In this document: piece after piece, positions 19,201 through 27,913 of the stretch
How the letters are laid out: every line of letters starts with the position of its first letter
Position numbering within the stretch: the first letter of the stretch is position 1
IMG/VR virus record: IMGVR_UViG_3300034061_003450
Span: 1-56,103 of that record
Reading direction: 5' to 3' (one strand)
DNA length: 56,103 bases
Origin: a virus
Lineage: Duplodnaviria; Caudoviricetes
The notes under the pieces: model-generated
What the model was told of the DNA's origin: nothing
The model's input: the letters and a program-made list of their open reading frames with translations, nothing else
Databases searched by the model: none
Made by a program: the position numbers and the translations under genes

Positions 19201-19775
19201 TCAGCACAGCGCAGAGCAAGTGGGGAGGCAGCAGCGCTCGGTTCGATGGCGATGGCGATTTTCTCAGCATCGCGTACGCCTCGGCACTTGATTTGCTCGG
19301 CAGCGACTTCACCGTGGAAGGCTGGGTGCGTATTGCTGCAACGCCAAATAGCGGCGGAATGAGGATCGCGGCGGCTGGCGGCGGGAGTGTGGCTTTCAAT
19401 AGCACTAACGGCATCCACTGGCTACTGCAAGCCATGAATGACAATACTATTCAGACGCAAATTCGCACCGGCAGTGTTGGTGGGTTCAACTCATCCAACA
19501 CATGGACGCTCAACACTTGGAGCCATGTTGCCTTATGCGTCAGCGGCTCCACGGCCTATCTTGGCCTGAATGGCACGGTAACCAGCAGCACTATCACGGG
19601 CATTTCCCGCCCTTCCGGGAATCCCGTTACCACCATTGGCACCATCAATGGCCAGGCCGGCAACTCCTTCAGCGCTCTCAACGGCAATACAAATGATTTT
19701 CGCATCATCAAAGAATTTGCGCTCTACACGGGAGCCACGTACACGGTTCCCGCCGCACCGTTCCCGACGAGCTGA
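16233..19775 (+). CDS. tail tip/hub protein with LPLTT repeats and C-terminal LamG/ConA-like domain
   Basis: DPNFSSVSLLL..NG, FDGDGD, DFTVEGWV and WSHVALC LamG motifs. Confidence 0.8.
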   Translation: MTVDVRCTVATDQGISASGSLSEDHIDVTNKLATVRGTIEFLGIKNLARGTAVNVAYTVPGYSEVTRFPRRLRILSSKVDPFAEITTAQVGCLLALKSDLRPPDTIAASANEPAWVAALPANMSDVLPVPVFAADVLAYCLDKLGITAASGNVALTSAFLREELDLSAGYVQTINDLIASEACYGFINAAEQFVVRKVLATGATGPVLTRDQLITMEGIDGGAPPADSIRVTWSGAVEAPPGLVLADVPVVPELPASPGGTLNLTTEQQAGITGLVDGIRADYNLSASIATGVLNQTIIASGATPVSGVVSLSGAQYSYVVNNTAANARTYADQRDRAERDSDDSDGNRSLRDWTYEQTISPVRTFVQEYVTEAGVGGVDVVAFAATSTNVTTFADVVYTDNEGNEKTESVAVQRSSQTTDRVGPANPTRWKSKLENGSPARPADELVRGSVTTYFNIPTADGIRVKSEETVEYEPRIGFAGGLGIQNWVGIDLGLSSVPVSRTVTSYEWDEVADTTKVTVSRWLAWGKTTEGANGAAAVAKALENWSGTSLDGQRIDGIYALVNYCSELVFDGSEVRITAGRGTAQKRGSKQDRARDALGRDPLTGRRRSTGGRGVGLRFGSGSPTASSLYTLPFPADDTLEGEEVDGQTLRARIAPGNVQEQARVYGQIQNALAFGHANGVAITTEIRNLPTEPLGAMFVEAAGVSGVFRANGSSWAWGPEGMIVGTDALLVGTAGTYAAPEFEDSWIPVPVAISSLPTLGAVTTNSNPKPANTITTPGGFDPVAPGSLWASLPTNGTDVPAVERTVGALVEPRNERVEMIARSRSGARLTVYDYALDLGTTELRVVSVSKVSLPAIVTLPLTTITVTALAPTIEGSATVILPLTTISVTALAPVVESPGSVILPLTTLAVTTLAPVVEQAGAVVVLPLTTISVTALAPTVAEVGTTTDPNFSSVSLLLPMNGTNGSTTFTDVSNNAFTVTPAGNAQISTAQSKWGGSSARFDGDGDFLSIAYASALDLLGSDFTVEGWVRIAATPNSGGMRIAAAGGGSVAFNSTNGIHWLLQAMNDNTIQTQIRTGSVGGFNSSNTWTLNTWSHVALCVSGSTAYLGLNGTVTSSTITGISRPSGNPVTTIGTINGQAGNSFSALNGNTNDFRIIKEFALYTGATYTVPAAPFPTS
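18807..19062 (+). repeat. four ~22-aa repeats (LPLTT.(S/T/A)VT.LAP) in the tail tip protein
   Basis: Visible in the translation. Confidence 0.85.
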
Positions 19776-19813
19776 CGCCGGAAAACTGAAGACAACAGCA
19801 CTCCTAGTGAACC

Positions 19814-20254
19814 GTGCCGGTTACCGTCGATCTCTACGACCACACGACGCAGAAGATCCAGGCGGGGACATTCCCTGCCTCGGATTCCTACGTGGTCAAC
19901 CTCTACACCACGTTGCCGTTCAACGCGACGGCGACCACCAAGACCGCAGCCGAATCTGGCGCCACACAGCTCAGCACCGCCAACGGCTACACCCAAAACA
20001 CCAAGGCGCTCACCGGCGTCAGCATTGCGACGGCTACCACCAATGACAGCCGCTTCACGTTTGACCCGGTGAACTGGGACGCCACTGGGTCAGGGATCGC
20101 TGCAGGTTTCGCGCTGGTCTACAGCGACACGCAGACCAACGACCCGCCGCTGGCTCGAATCAATTTCGACGGCACCGTGACAGCAGTAGCAGGGACGCAG
20201 TTCCGCATCACGCCAAACGCGGGCGGCTTTATCGCGCTCACCAACGCGGCCTGA
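19814..20254 (+). CDS. virion structural protein
   Basis: QLSTANGYT motif; late motif upstream. Confidence 0.65.
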   Translation: MPVTVDLYDHTTQKIQAGTFPASDSYVVNLYTTLPFNATATTKTAAESGATQLSTANGYTQNTKALTGVSIATATTNDSRFTFDPVNWDATGSGIAAGFALVYSDTQTNDPPLARINFDGTVTAVAGTQFRITPNAGGFIALTNAA

Positions 20255-20256
20255 CC

Positions 20257-20661
20257 ATGGCGCTCACCGTCACCCCCAAAGAGCTCGAACGCCAAGCGGT
20301 CGCAGCGTTCCAAGGCAAATCCTGGCGCGTGTTCCTCGCCCTACGGCAAGGCACCAGCCTGGACATCACGTCAACGATCTCCGCATGGACCGCTGAGAAG
20401 GTCCCGACCGCCAACGGTTACGCCGATGTGACCGGCACCGTCGGCACTGGGACCTATAACGGCACGACGGCGGCCTATGAGCTGCCGGCGCTGACGGCGA
20501 CCTTCAGCGCGACCGGGGCCGGCTACAGCTACGACAGCATCATCGTTCAGATCGACAACTCCACCTATCCCCATTCCGTTGAACTGCTCACCACGCCCGT
20601 AGCGCTGGCAGCCGGCCAGAACAAGACGATCTCGCCGCTGCTCGTGCTCGACAACGCATGA
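20257..20661 (+). CDS. virion structural protein (resembles the previous gene)
   Basis: KVPTANGY motif; similar size. Confidence 0.6.
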   Translation: MALTVTPKELERQAVAAFQGKSWRVFLALRQGTSLDITSTISAWTAEKVPTANGYADVTGTVGTGTYNGTTAAYELPALTATFSATGAGYSYDSIIVQIDNSTYPHSVELLTTPVALAAGQNKTISPLLVLDNA

Positions 20662-22202
20662 GCCTCCTCGTAGACGTCCGCGAAGTTCCCTGGCGCATCC
20701 TGGAAACCGTGCAAGCGCGGATCCTGGCGAACCGTGAGCGGATGAAGCGAAGGGCGCAAGCTGAGAAAGTCCGCGGGCTCACCAGGCCACGGCCGCAGCA
20801 GCGGGGCATCGGTGCGACCATGAGCACGTACAAGCGGCCGGAGCCGTTGCCGTTGGTGTTGGGGGATGACCTCGGCGTGGTGCCGGTGGTGTGGTTCTTC
20901 GCCAATACCCCCATAGGAAGGCGTGTCACCCTGCGCAACGGCAGCGGCAGCGCATCGGTCACTTTCGACATACCTAGAGCGCAGATCACGTTTCCTGCTA
21001 ACCTCTGGTTCAATGGTGCCTCTGGTAGTGATAGCAGCGTGAGTGGCGGTCCTATCCCGGACAGTATCATCCTCGGCCCTTCTTTTCCAGCGCCTCCATC
21101 TGCGACAGAAACTTCTGTTCAACGAGAACAGGTAGTCGGAACCAGTTTCGGGTGGTCTGATGATGCCATTTTTCTTCTCCCGGTGTCAGCACGGGCGGCT
21201 GTGTTTGTCTGTATCAGCAAAAGCAGAGCCGAAGGCTTCTACGCACAGGCTACGAGCACCCAGGTTGTGAGTTACGGACTCCGAGATATTGCGGAGGGGG
21301 TTAGTCTTTACGGGACGGCGTTTACCAATACTGCCGAGTCCAGCGTTGTCGAACTAAGCGATTCAACGCAGACCGCAAAGTGCTATCTCGTGTCATCCGG
21401 CGGGATAAAAGAGGTGCCCCCCCCAGCGGGTTTGGCTGCTGCCGTGGCGGGTTTAATGTCGGATTCCTCCACCTTTGAAACTTATGCCGTCAATGCCATT
21501 AGGGGGAACCCAGTGGGGAGCAGTGCCGAGTTCATCGGGGTTGCCCCTAATGGCAATGTTTATATCACCGCCACTGGTGATTTCAACTATCCGCCCTGGA
21601 GAACGTACACCGCTCGCGAGATCCCGACTCCAAGCACTTTTGTGGACTATTGGGAGGCCATCCCATTACTCTCCTCTTACGGTATCGGCAATTTAGTCTC
21701 CGACTATCATCCATCACTTAATGGGGTCAATTTCTACTCTCCCGGTATGTTCTCATTCCTGACTGGCTTTGACGGAAGCCTGATTGAAGGTAGTGCCAAT
21801 TACGATAACTGGTTTGATGCCGGCGGTGGCTATGACACATACAGTAACTACAGCAATCTAAGGGCTGAATATCTGGCGTCGGCTCCTGCGGCGTCACGCT
21901 TTCTGTCCCCGTGTTCCGCGCCCGCAACCGCCTGCCCTGCAGATGCCTACCTAGGGTCTGGCACCCGTGGGACCGACACCACAAGCACATTCGATTTTAC
22001 CGCGACAACGCCGACCCGGATAAATGAGCCAATGGCAGCCGATGCTTTTAGCCGTGGCACCGCACGCGCTAGGATCAATGTCACACCGCCTGATGGAGTC
22101 GATTCCCCAAAGGTTGCGGTTGCCTGGGACTGGGGCCGCCCCGCTTACTGCCGCCAGCAACTCCTAGCCCTTGGCTTCACTGCCGAAGACCTCAGGCCAT
22201 GA
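20658..22202 (+). CDS. putative receptor-binding/tail protein with AT-richer variable core
   Basis: GC-rich ends and lower-GC middle; position at the end of the tail module. Confidence 0.55.
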   Translation: MSLLVDVREVPWRILETVQARILANRERMKRRAQAEKVRGLTRPRPQQRGIGATMSTYKRPEPLPLVLGDDLGVVPVVWFFANTPIGRRVTLRNGSGSASVTFDIPRAQITFPANLWFNGASGSDSSVSGGPIPDSIILGPSFPAPPSATETSVQREQVVGTSFGWSDDAIFLLPVSARAAVFVCISKSRAEGFYAQATSTQVVSYGLRDIAEGVSLYGTAFTNTAESSVVELSDSTQTAKCYLVSSGGIKEVPPPAGLAAAVAGLMSDSSTFETYAVNAIRGNPVGSSAEFIGVAPNGNVYITATGDFNYPPWRTYTAREIPTPSTFVDYWEAIPLLSSYGIGNLVSDYHPSLNGVNFYSPGMFSFLTGFDGSLIEGSANYDNWFDAGGGYDTYSNYSNLRAEYLASAPAASRFLSPCSAPATACPADAYLGSGTRGTDTTSTFDFTATTPTRINEPMAADAFSRGTARARINVTPPDGVDSPKVAVAWDWGRPAYCRQQLLALGFTAEDLRP

Positions 22203-22351
22203 CCGACCCCCAACCCGACCACACCCAGCTCCTGCAGTCCGTCCTCATGCGTGCAGCAGCCAACAGGGCCGCGCAGATCAGCCGCCAGCAGTCCGCCGCA
22301 CTCGTCCAGGACATTAAGGCGCAGCAGGCGAAGGCACGTCGGGAAAACTGA
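22199..22351 (+). CDS. small hypothetical protein (50 aa)
   Basis: MTDPQPDH...RREN*; ATGA overlap; stop codon lies inside the late motif. Confidence 0.55.
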   Translation: MTDPQPDHTQLLQSVLMRAAANRAAQISRQQSAALVQDIKAQQAKARREN

Positions 22352-22372
22352 AGGGAACTGCAACGTGGCGCG

Positions 22373-23161
22373 ATGTGGCTTGGCGCAAGATTTAAGAAAC
22401 GCTTCCCCGAGCTGGACTGGGACTTCATTGGTCTGACCCACAGCGCGGACGCCGAGGGTGGCGACGATGCGGCTGGCGGCGGCGCTGGTGGTGATGAGCC
22501 GCTGGGGGAATCCGGCAAGCGGGCGCTCGACGCAGAACGGAGGCGGGCAAACGATGCAGAGAAGGAGCTGGCCAAGCTCCGCCGCCAGGCCGATGCGTTC
22601 AAAGGCCTGAATCCCGAGGCGTTCCGCGAGGCGCAGCAGAAGGTCGAAGCCGCTGAGCAACGCATCCAAGAGCTGGAAACGCTCATTGCGGCCAGAGTGA
22701 GAGAGACTGAGGACGCCTATGCCCCGCAGCTCAAGGCCGCCAACGAACGCGCCGAAGCCGCTGAGCAACGCGAGCGCGAGACCACCATCGTCAACAGCGC
22801 CCGCGAGATCTTCTACGCTCTCGGCGGCAAGCGGGAAAATGATGAGTTCGGGCGCTCAGCCTTTGACGTGTTCCTCGCCGCCACTCGGTCGAACTTCCAG
22901 CTTGACCCCAAGACCCGCGAGTTCACCGTCGTGGACGCGAAGGGGAACCCGGTCATCAACGACAAAGGCCGTGTGAGCCCTGTGGAGTGGGTTGACGAGC
23001 AATCGGAGAAATCCCCAGTCCTCGGCCTCCTCTTCGATCCCAAGAGCAAAGCCAGCGGCAGCGGCATGGGTTCCGATCGCGGCCCCGGCGGCAGGCGCTC
23101 CGTTGATATTCACTCCCTCAGCCAGTCCGAACTGGGCGAGCTTGCCTTCCCGGGCACCTAA
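22373..23161 (+). CDS. capsid scaffolding protein
   Basis: LGESGKRALDAERR coiled coil and GSG-rich tail; directly upstream of the capsid gene. Confidence 0.8.
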   Translation: MWLGARFKKRFPELDWDFIGLTHSADAEGGDDAAGGGAGGDEPLGESGKRALDAERRRANDAEKELAKLRRQADAFKGLNPEAFREAQQKVEAAEQRIQELETLIAARVRETEDAYAPQLKAANERAEAAEQRERETTIVNSAREIFYALGGKRENDEFGRSAFDVFLAATRSNFQLDPKTREFTVVDAKGNPVINDKGRVSPVEWVDEQSEKSPVLGLLFDPKSKASGSGMGSDRGPGGRRSVDIHSLSQSELGELAFPGT

Positions 23162-23186
23162 CCGCAGGAAGGCAATAGGGGGAACC

Positions 23187-23212
23187 AAGGGGCTCGGAGG
23201 GGGCCCCTTTTT
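23187..23212 (+). terminator. intrinsic terminator-like hairpin
   Basis: aaggggctc-ggag-ggggcccctt followed by a T-run. Confidence 0.6.
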
Positions 23213-23327
23213 CGTGTCGGGAAAACTGAAAGCAACAGGACTGCGCGATGCGGTCGAAACGCCAGGGCACGTGAGCGCGACGCCGTGACCACCAGGCGAC
23301 CACATCACCACAGCACTTCCCTTTCCC

Positions 23328-24257
23328 ATGGCTTCGACCACACTGCTTGAGCAGATGAAGCAGACGGAGAACCCGCAGAAGCTCTTCATCATGAAAGAGC
23401 TCGCGGTCTCCGAGATGTTTCAGGTTGTCCCCCTGAAGAACGTTGACGGCGGCGGTGAGTTCTTCGATCGTGAAGACGAACTGCCCGATGTCGACTTCCG
23501 TGGCGTCAACGAGGCGCAGGACGATTCCACCGGCACCCTCGATCCTCAGTCCTCCGCACTCAAGCTCTTCGGCGGTGACGTCAAGACTGACGTGGGCAAG
23601 ATCGACATGTACGGCCCCGGTCATCACCGCACGCAGGTCGAGATGAAGACCCGCGCCATGCGGATGAAGTGGGAAGACGTTTTCATCAACGGTGATGCGG
23701 ACGCCAACCCCCGCCAGTTCAACGGCCTCCGGAAGCTGATGACCATCGGCAGCTCGCAGGTCATCAACAACCACGCATCCGCCGGCCCGCTGTCGAAGTC
23801 GGCCCTGGACGAGATGTTGGACGCTGTGCAGCCTGGTGCTCAGAAGTATTTAATCATGTCCAAGGCGATGCGGAGGATCATCACCAACCTCAGCGTCAGC
23901 CCCACTCTCGCCGGCAACATCAACTACGAGAAGGACGACTTTGGTATTCAGCGAGCTCGCTATGGCGAGGCGGTGATCGTATGCCCTGACGTCAACAACC
24001 AGAAGGGGCAGATCATCGATTTCAACGAGGCCAACTCCACTACCTCGATCTATTGCGTCACCTTCGGCGACACCCTCTTCTCCGGCATCCAAGGCCGAGT
24101 GCGGGGTGAGTACGGCCTGGGCGTCTACGACCTCGGGGAATCCCACGTGGCTCCCTACAACCTCACCCGGATCCGGTGGCACCTGGCGGCCACCCTCTAC
24201 CACTCCCGCGCTGCGGCCCGTCTGCGCAACATCACCAACGCTGCGGCCATCGCCTGA
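23328..24257 (+). CDS. major capsid protein (HK97 fold)
   Basis: FRGVNE, FINGD....PRQFNGL, LDEMLD, TSIYCV and AAARLRNI motifs; strong codon bias. Confidence 0.9.
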   Translation: MASTTLLEQMKQTENPQKLFIMKELAVSEMFQVVPLKNVDGGGEFFDREDELPDVDFRGVNEAQDDSTGTLDPQSSALKLFGGDVKTDVGKIDMYGPGHHRTQVEMKTRAMRMKWEDVFINGDADANPRQFNGLRKLMTIGSSQVINNHASAGPLSKSALDEMLDAVQPGAQKYLIMSKAMRRIITNLSVSPTLAGNINYEKDDFGIQRARYGEAVIVCPDVNNQKGQIIDFNEANSTTSIYCVTFGDTLFSGIQGRVRGEYGLGVYDLGESHVAPYNLTRIRWHLAATLYHSRAAARLRNITNAAAIA

Positions 24258-24293
24258 GCGTTCCTGTCCACCTGATCCTTCGCTTTCCTCTTC

Positions 24294-24980
24294 ATGTCTC
24301 GCGCTACTGGTCTCGCTGATCAGCGCTTCTACCAGCTCGATGCATCCGCCGTTCTGGTGGGTGCCGTCGGTGCTTGGGAGAACCGCTCCGCTGCCACCCG
24401 CACCGGGGCCGCTCAGCTCCTGGATACCAAGCTCAACTGCACCGACATTCTCAAGTTCGTCGGCGTCGGCCAGTCTTCCAACTCGGCCGGCGGTTACGTG
24501 ATCTCCGTCGGCCATGTGGCCCGCGGTGCTGCCCTCAGCACGGTTACGAACTGGGTTGAAATCGGCCGCATGTCGTTCTCGGCTTCGGCCACCAACGAGA
24601 TCGCCATCACCGGCCGGCAGATCGAGGCGCTGGTTCGTGCCGGCACCTCGCCCACCATCACCGGTGATTGCCGGGTGACTGCCATCAAGGCGGTCGCCGG
24701 TCTCGGCACCCTGTCTATCAGCAACATTGCCCTCACCACCAACGTCGCCACCATCACGGTCGGCACCCATGCGGCTGCCGTCGGTGACACCATCACCGTC
24801 ACGAACTGCTCCAACTCTGTTTTCAACGGGACCTACGTGGTAACCGCCGTGGCGGCCACGACCATCAGCTACGACAGGACCAACGCCAACATCACCAGCA
24901 CCTCCGGGACTGGCAGTGTCACCAACGGCGTCGCGGCTCCTGTCGGCACTAACACGCTCTACTTCCAGTACGGCGCCTGA
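24294..24980 (+). CDS. capsid cement/decoration protein with appended beta domain
   Basis: Follows the capsid gene, precedes a terminator; beta-rich. Confidence 0.65.
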   Translation: MSRATGLADQRFYQLDASAVLVGAVGAWENRSAATRTGAAQLLDTKLNCTDILKFVGVGQSSNSAGGYVISVGHVARGAALSTVTNWVEIGRMSFSASATNEIAITGRQIEALVRAGTSPTITGDCRVTAIKAVAGLGTLSISNIALTTNVATITVGTHAAAVGDTITVTNCSNSVFNGTYVVTAVAATTISYDRTNANITSTSGTGSVTNGVAAPVGTNTLYFQYGA

Positions 24981-24989
24981 TCATCAAAC

Positions 24990-25020
24990 GGGGCGGGCTT
25001 CGGTCCGCCCCTTTCACTTT
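24990..25020 (+). terminator. intrinsic terminator
   Basis: gggcgggc-ttcg-gtccgccc followed by ctttcacttt. Confidence 0.8.
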
Positions 25021-25030
25021 GGAGGGTCTG

Positions 25031-25189
25031 ATGAGCCTGGTTCTCTCAAGCGTGTCGCCCGGCACCCTGCCGCCTGAGCAGCCGGAGCCGGAGCAGAAGC
25101 CGCGCAAGCGTGCGCGAGACACTGACGGCCAGTTCGTCGGTGATGACCCGGCGACGCCTGACGTTGACGAAGCGTGGCAGGAAAACTGA
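25031..25189 (+). CDS. small protein with RARDxxGxFVxDDPxTPxVxEAW motif
   Basis: RBS ggagg; 52 aa; stop codon lies within the late motif. Confidence 0.7.
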   Translation: MSLVLSSVSPGTLPPEQPEPEQKPRKRARDTDGQFVGDDPATPDVDEAWQEN

Positions 25190-25193
25190 AGGC

Positions 25194-25556
25194 ATGGCAT
25201 GGGTCGACGGCCACACCTGGGAGATGGAGCAGGGCATCGATGCTCTGCTCACTCTGGAGCTGTATGAGGACACAGCAGCTACAGAACCGTGGCCGTTTAC
25301 CGGCTGGGACGTGACCGCAACCGTCAGCGATGAGAAAGGCCGCGTCGTGTGGCCCGTGACGGTAGACGCTGATCCTGCGGGCGGCGTGGTGCGGCTGGTG
25401 TTCCCGGAGGCATCGGTCAACGCTCTCAAGGTCGGCAAAACCTACCGCTACGACTGCCTGATGGTGGCGCCAGGTGGTGTCGCCGCTGATGACCACGTTT
25501 TGGCCGCTGGACCTGTGACGGTGGCGCTCAGGACTTCACGGAGAGACGAGGAATGA
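25194..25556 (+). CDS. BppU-like virion protein
   Basis: EQG..., PWPFTGW, YRYD and AAGPVTV pattern. Confidence 0.55.
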   Translation: MAWVDGHTWEMEQGIDALLTLELYEDTAATEPWPFTGWDVTATVSDEKGRVVWPVTVDADPAGGVVRLVFPEASVNALKVGKTYRYDCLMVAPGGVAADDHVLAAGPVTVALRTSRRDEE

Positions 25557-25900
25557 GCTGCCCGCAGGTCATTAAGGTCATCACGCCGGGGCCGCCTGGC
25601 GCCGGACTGCCGGCCGGGATCGCTGATGCCGGTAAGTTCGTGCGGAAGCTGGGCGCTGAGCCCTATGTATATGAGCTGGTTACACCTGATGTTGTAAGTG
25701 GCGGCCTTGGCGCTTATGTCCACTCGCAAACCACACCAGCGACCACATGGACGATCAACCACAACCTCGGAAGGTATCCGAGTGTTGAGCTGTTCAACAG
25801 TGGAATGCAGGAGATTGATGCAGAGATTGCACATCCGAGCATCAATCAAACGATCGTCACACTGAACCCAGCGACAGCTGGCCTAGCACGCCTTATCTGA
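25553..25900 (+). CDS. fibre-associated virion protein
   Basis: TWTINHNLGRYPSV motif. Confidence 0.6.
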   Translation: MSCPQVIKVITPGPPGAGLPAGIADAGKFVRKLGAEPYVYELVTPDVVSGGLGAYVHSQTTPATTWTINHNLGRYPSVELFNSGMQEIDAEIAHPSINQTIVTLNPATAGLARLI

Positions 25901-25907
25901 GGACACC

Positions 25908-26699
25908 ATGCCCCGTTCAATTTTTACCGACTTCGACTTTCAAGGGGTCTCCCGGCCCACCAACATTCCGGGGCCTGTCAGCGCGGGCGACGCGGCTAAC
26001 AAGGCATACGTCGATTCAGCCGTCGAAGGGCTGGCATGGAAAGACTCATGCCGCGTTGCGACGCAGGCGAACCTGAGCCTGTCGAGCCCTGGCGCGACGA
26101 TCGATGGCATTACGATGGCCAGCGGCGACCGGGTGTTGGTGCGGGCGCAGACGGCGGGCGCTGAAAACGGCATCTACGTGTGGAACGGCGCATCGACAGC
26201 GATGACCCGGGCGCTCGATGCCAGCACCTTCCCAGAGCTGGAGCAAGCCACCAGCACAGTGGAGGAGGGCACCAGCGCTGGCGTGACGTACCGGCAGACG
26301 GCGGTGAACGGCACTCTGGGCAGCACGGCGGTGAGCTGGACCGTGATGGGCACCAGCGCCCCGGCTGCCAGCACAACGCAGTCGGGCATCATGCGCCTGG
26401 CGACGCAGAGCGAGACAGATACTGGCACTGCAGCCGATCTGGCGGTTTCGCCTCAAACGCTGGCGAACTGGTCGGGCCGGCTTCGCAAGTCCGCTGCGAA
26501 CGTAGGCGACGGGAGTGCAACCAGCTACACGCTCACTCACAACTTCAATACCCGCGATGTGATCGTGCGGGTGTTCCCCAATTCGGGAACCTACGATGAC
26601 GTGGAAGTGGACGTGCAGCGCACCAGTGTGAATGCGGTGGTTGTGGTGTTTGCGACGGCGCCAGCATCTAATGCCTACCGCGTGGTGGTGCTCGGCTGA
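25908..26699 (+). CDS. head/tail fibre protein
   Basis: DAANKAYVD and GDRVLVRAQT..ENGIYV motifs. Confidence 0.7.
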   Translation: MPRSIFTDFDFQGVSRPTNIPGPVSAGDAANKAYVDSAVEGLAWKDSCRVATQANLSLSSPGATIDGITMASGDRVLVRAQTAGAENGIYVWNGASTAMTRALDASTFPELEQATSTVEEGTSAGVTYRQTAVNGTLGSTAVSWTVMGTSAPAASTTQSGIMRLATQSETDTGTAADLAVSPQTLANWSGRLRKSAANVGDGSATSYTLTHNFNTRDVIVRVFPNSGTYDDVEVDVQRTSVNAVVVVFATAPASNAYRVVVLG

Positions 26700-27223
26700 T
26701 GGCACGAGAGTTCTTGGCTGATATAGACCTTAAGGCAGGCTTACTGCTCGCCGGCTCGGCTGGCAGTGCAGGGCAGTTGGTCATTAGCCAGGGTCTGGGG
26801 CAGCCTGCAGCGTGGGGCACAACTGGGGGCGGCCTTTCGGTCTCCAGTGGATTTCTGCGGCTCACCGACACGATCAGTCTCCGCATCAGCAACACCGGGG
26901 AAACTGCGACAGTTGCCAATAACCACACCGAGAGAACTGTCCCCCGGGCTTGCACAGTTATCGGCGCAACGTGGGAGCTGGCGCCCACGGCTACCGGCTC
27001 AAGCAGTAGCCAGGCGATGCTCTATGCCAGGCGCAGCGGCACCAAAACGTCGCTGCTGAGCGGCAACGCCAGCATTGCATCCGGCGCCAGCTTTACCGAC
27101 GCGACGGGCACCCTTACCGGGACGCTCACGCTCGCGGCCGGCGACACGCTGGGCGTCGATCTGCTGACAGTCGGCACCGGATCGTCCGGCCACATTTTCA
27201 CCATCCTCGTGAGGTACTCATGA
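26699..27223 (+). CDS. fibre-associated virion protein
   Basis: Coupled ORF; T/S/G-rich. Confidence 0.55.
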   Translation: MAREFLADIDLKAGLLLAGSAGSAGQLVISQGLGQPAAWGTTGGGLSVSSGFLRLTDTISLRISNTGETATVANNHTERTVPRACTVIGATWELAPTATGSSSSQAMLYARRSGTKTSLLSGNASIASGASFTDATGTLTGTLTLAAGDTLGVDLLTVGTGSSGHIFTILVRYS

Positions 27224-27849
27224 CAACGCCCACCATCGCCACTAACCCGGTTACAGGTGTCGAGTATTACGCCGATGGCTCACTCGACGGCCAGAGCGTC
27301 AAGTTCTACGTGGCCGTCACCAATGGCCAGGTGCGCAACCCCAACGGCGACCGCTGGCCGTTTGGTAACGGCGGGGTGCACGACAAGGCAGCGGATTATT
27401 ACGAAATTATCCCATTTGCCCCGATCCCTTTCGACTCCGAACTTTTCCGGGTTGACGACCAAAACAGCGGCTGGAATGTGGTCCCGACACCCGGCGCACT
27501 GCCCGGTCACCCTCAGGGCACTTACGAAAGAACGGAGGCGATCATCCGCCGCAGCAGTGCGGAACTGCGCCAACTGGCTAAGGGGTACGCCGATCGTGCC
27601 AACGGCGAACTGTGGCCCCAGGAACAGGGCTACGCAGAGAAGCTGGCCTACGCGAAAGAACAGATCGCCGCCAACAACGATCTGCAGCAGTTCCGCGATC
27701 TCGTCGCTCGCCACGAACAGCTCATCGCTGCATCCTTCGCCAACGACGCCAGGCTCGCGCAGATTTACGCCGAGATTGAAACAGCAGGCGAAACCGGCCC
27801 CGTCGATTTCATCGTCTCGGAAGGCTGGGTCAATGGCATCGAACCATGA
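27220..27849 (+). CDS. hypothetical protein (possible fibre assembly chaperone)
   Basis: Coupled ORF after the fibre genes. Confidence 0.5.
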   Translation: MTTPTIATNPVTGVEYYADGSLDGQSVKFYVAVTNGQVRNPNGDRWPFGNGGVHDKAADYYEIIPFAPIPFDSELFRVDDQNSGWNVVPTPGALPGHPQGTYERTEAIIRRSSAELRQLAKGYADRANGELWPQEQGYAEKLAYAKEQIAANNDLQQFRDLVARHEQLIAASFANDARLAQIYAEIETAGETGPVDFIVSEGWVNGIEP

Positions 27850-27913
27850 CCGCCAACGCCTCGCCCCGCCATGGATCCCGCCAGCTACGGGACGCGCCAA
27901 TAGGAGCCAACGC

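Noticed and set aside
27257-27913. N-terminal 219 aa of the 501-aa ORF
   Set aside because: It overlaps the 27220-27849 gene in another frame; the RBS and GTG at 27914 give a better start
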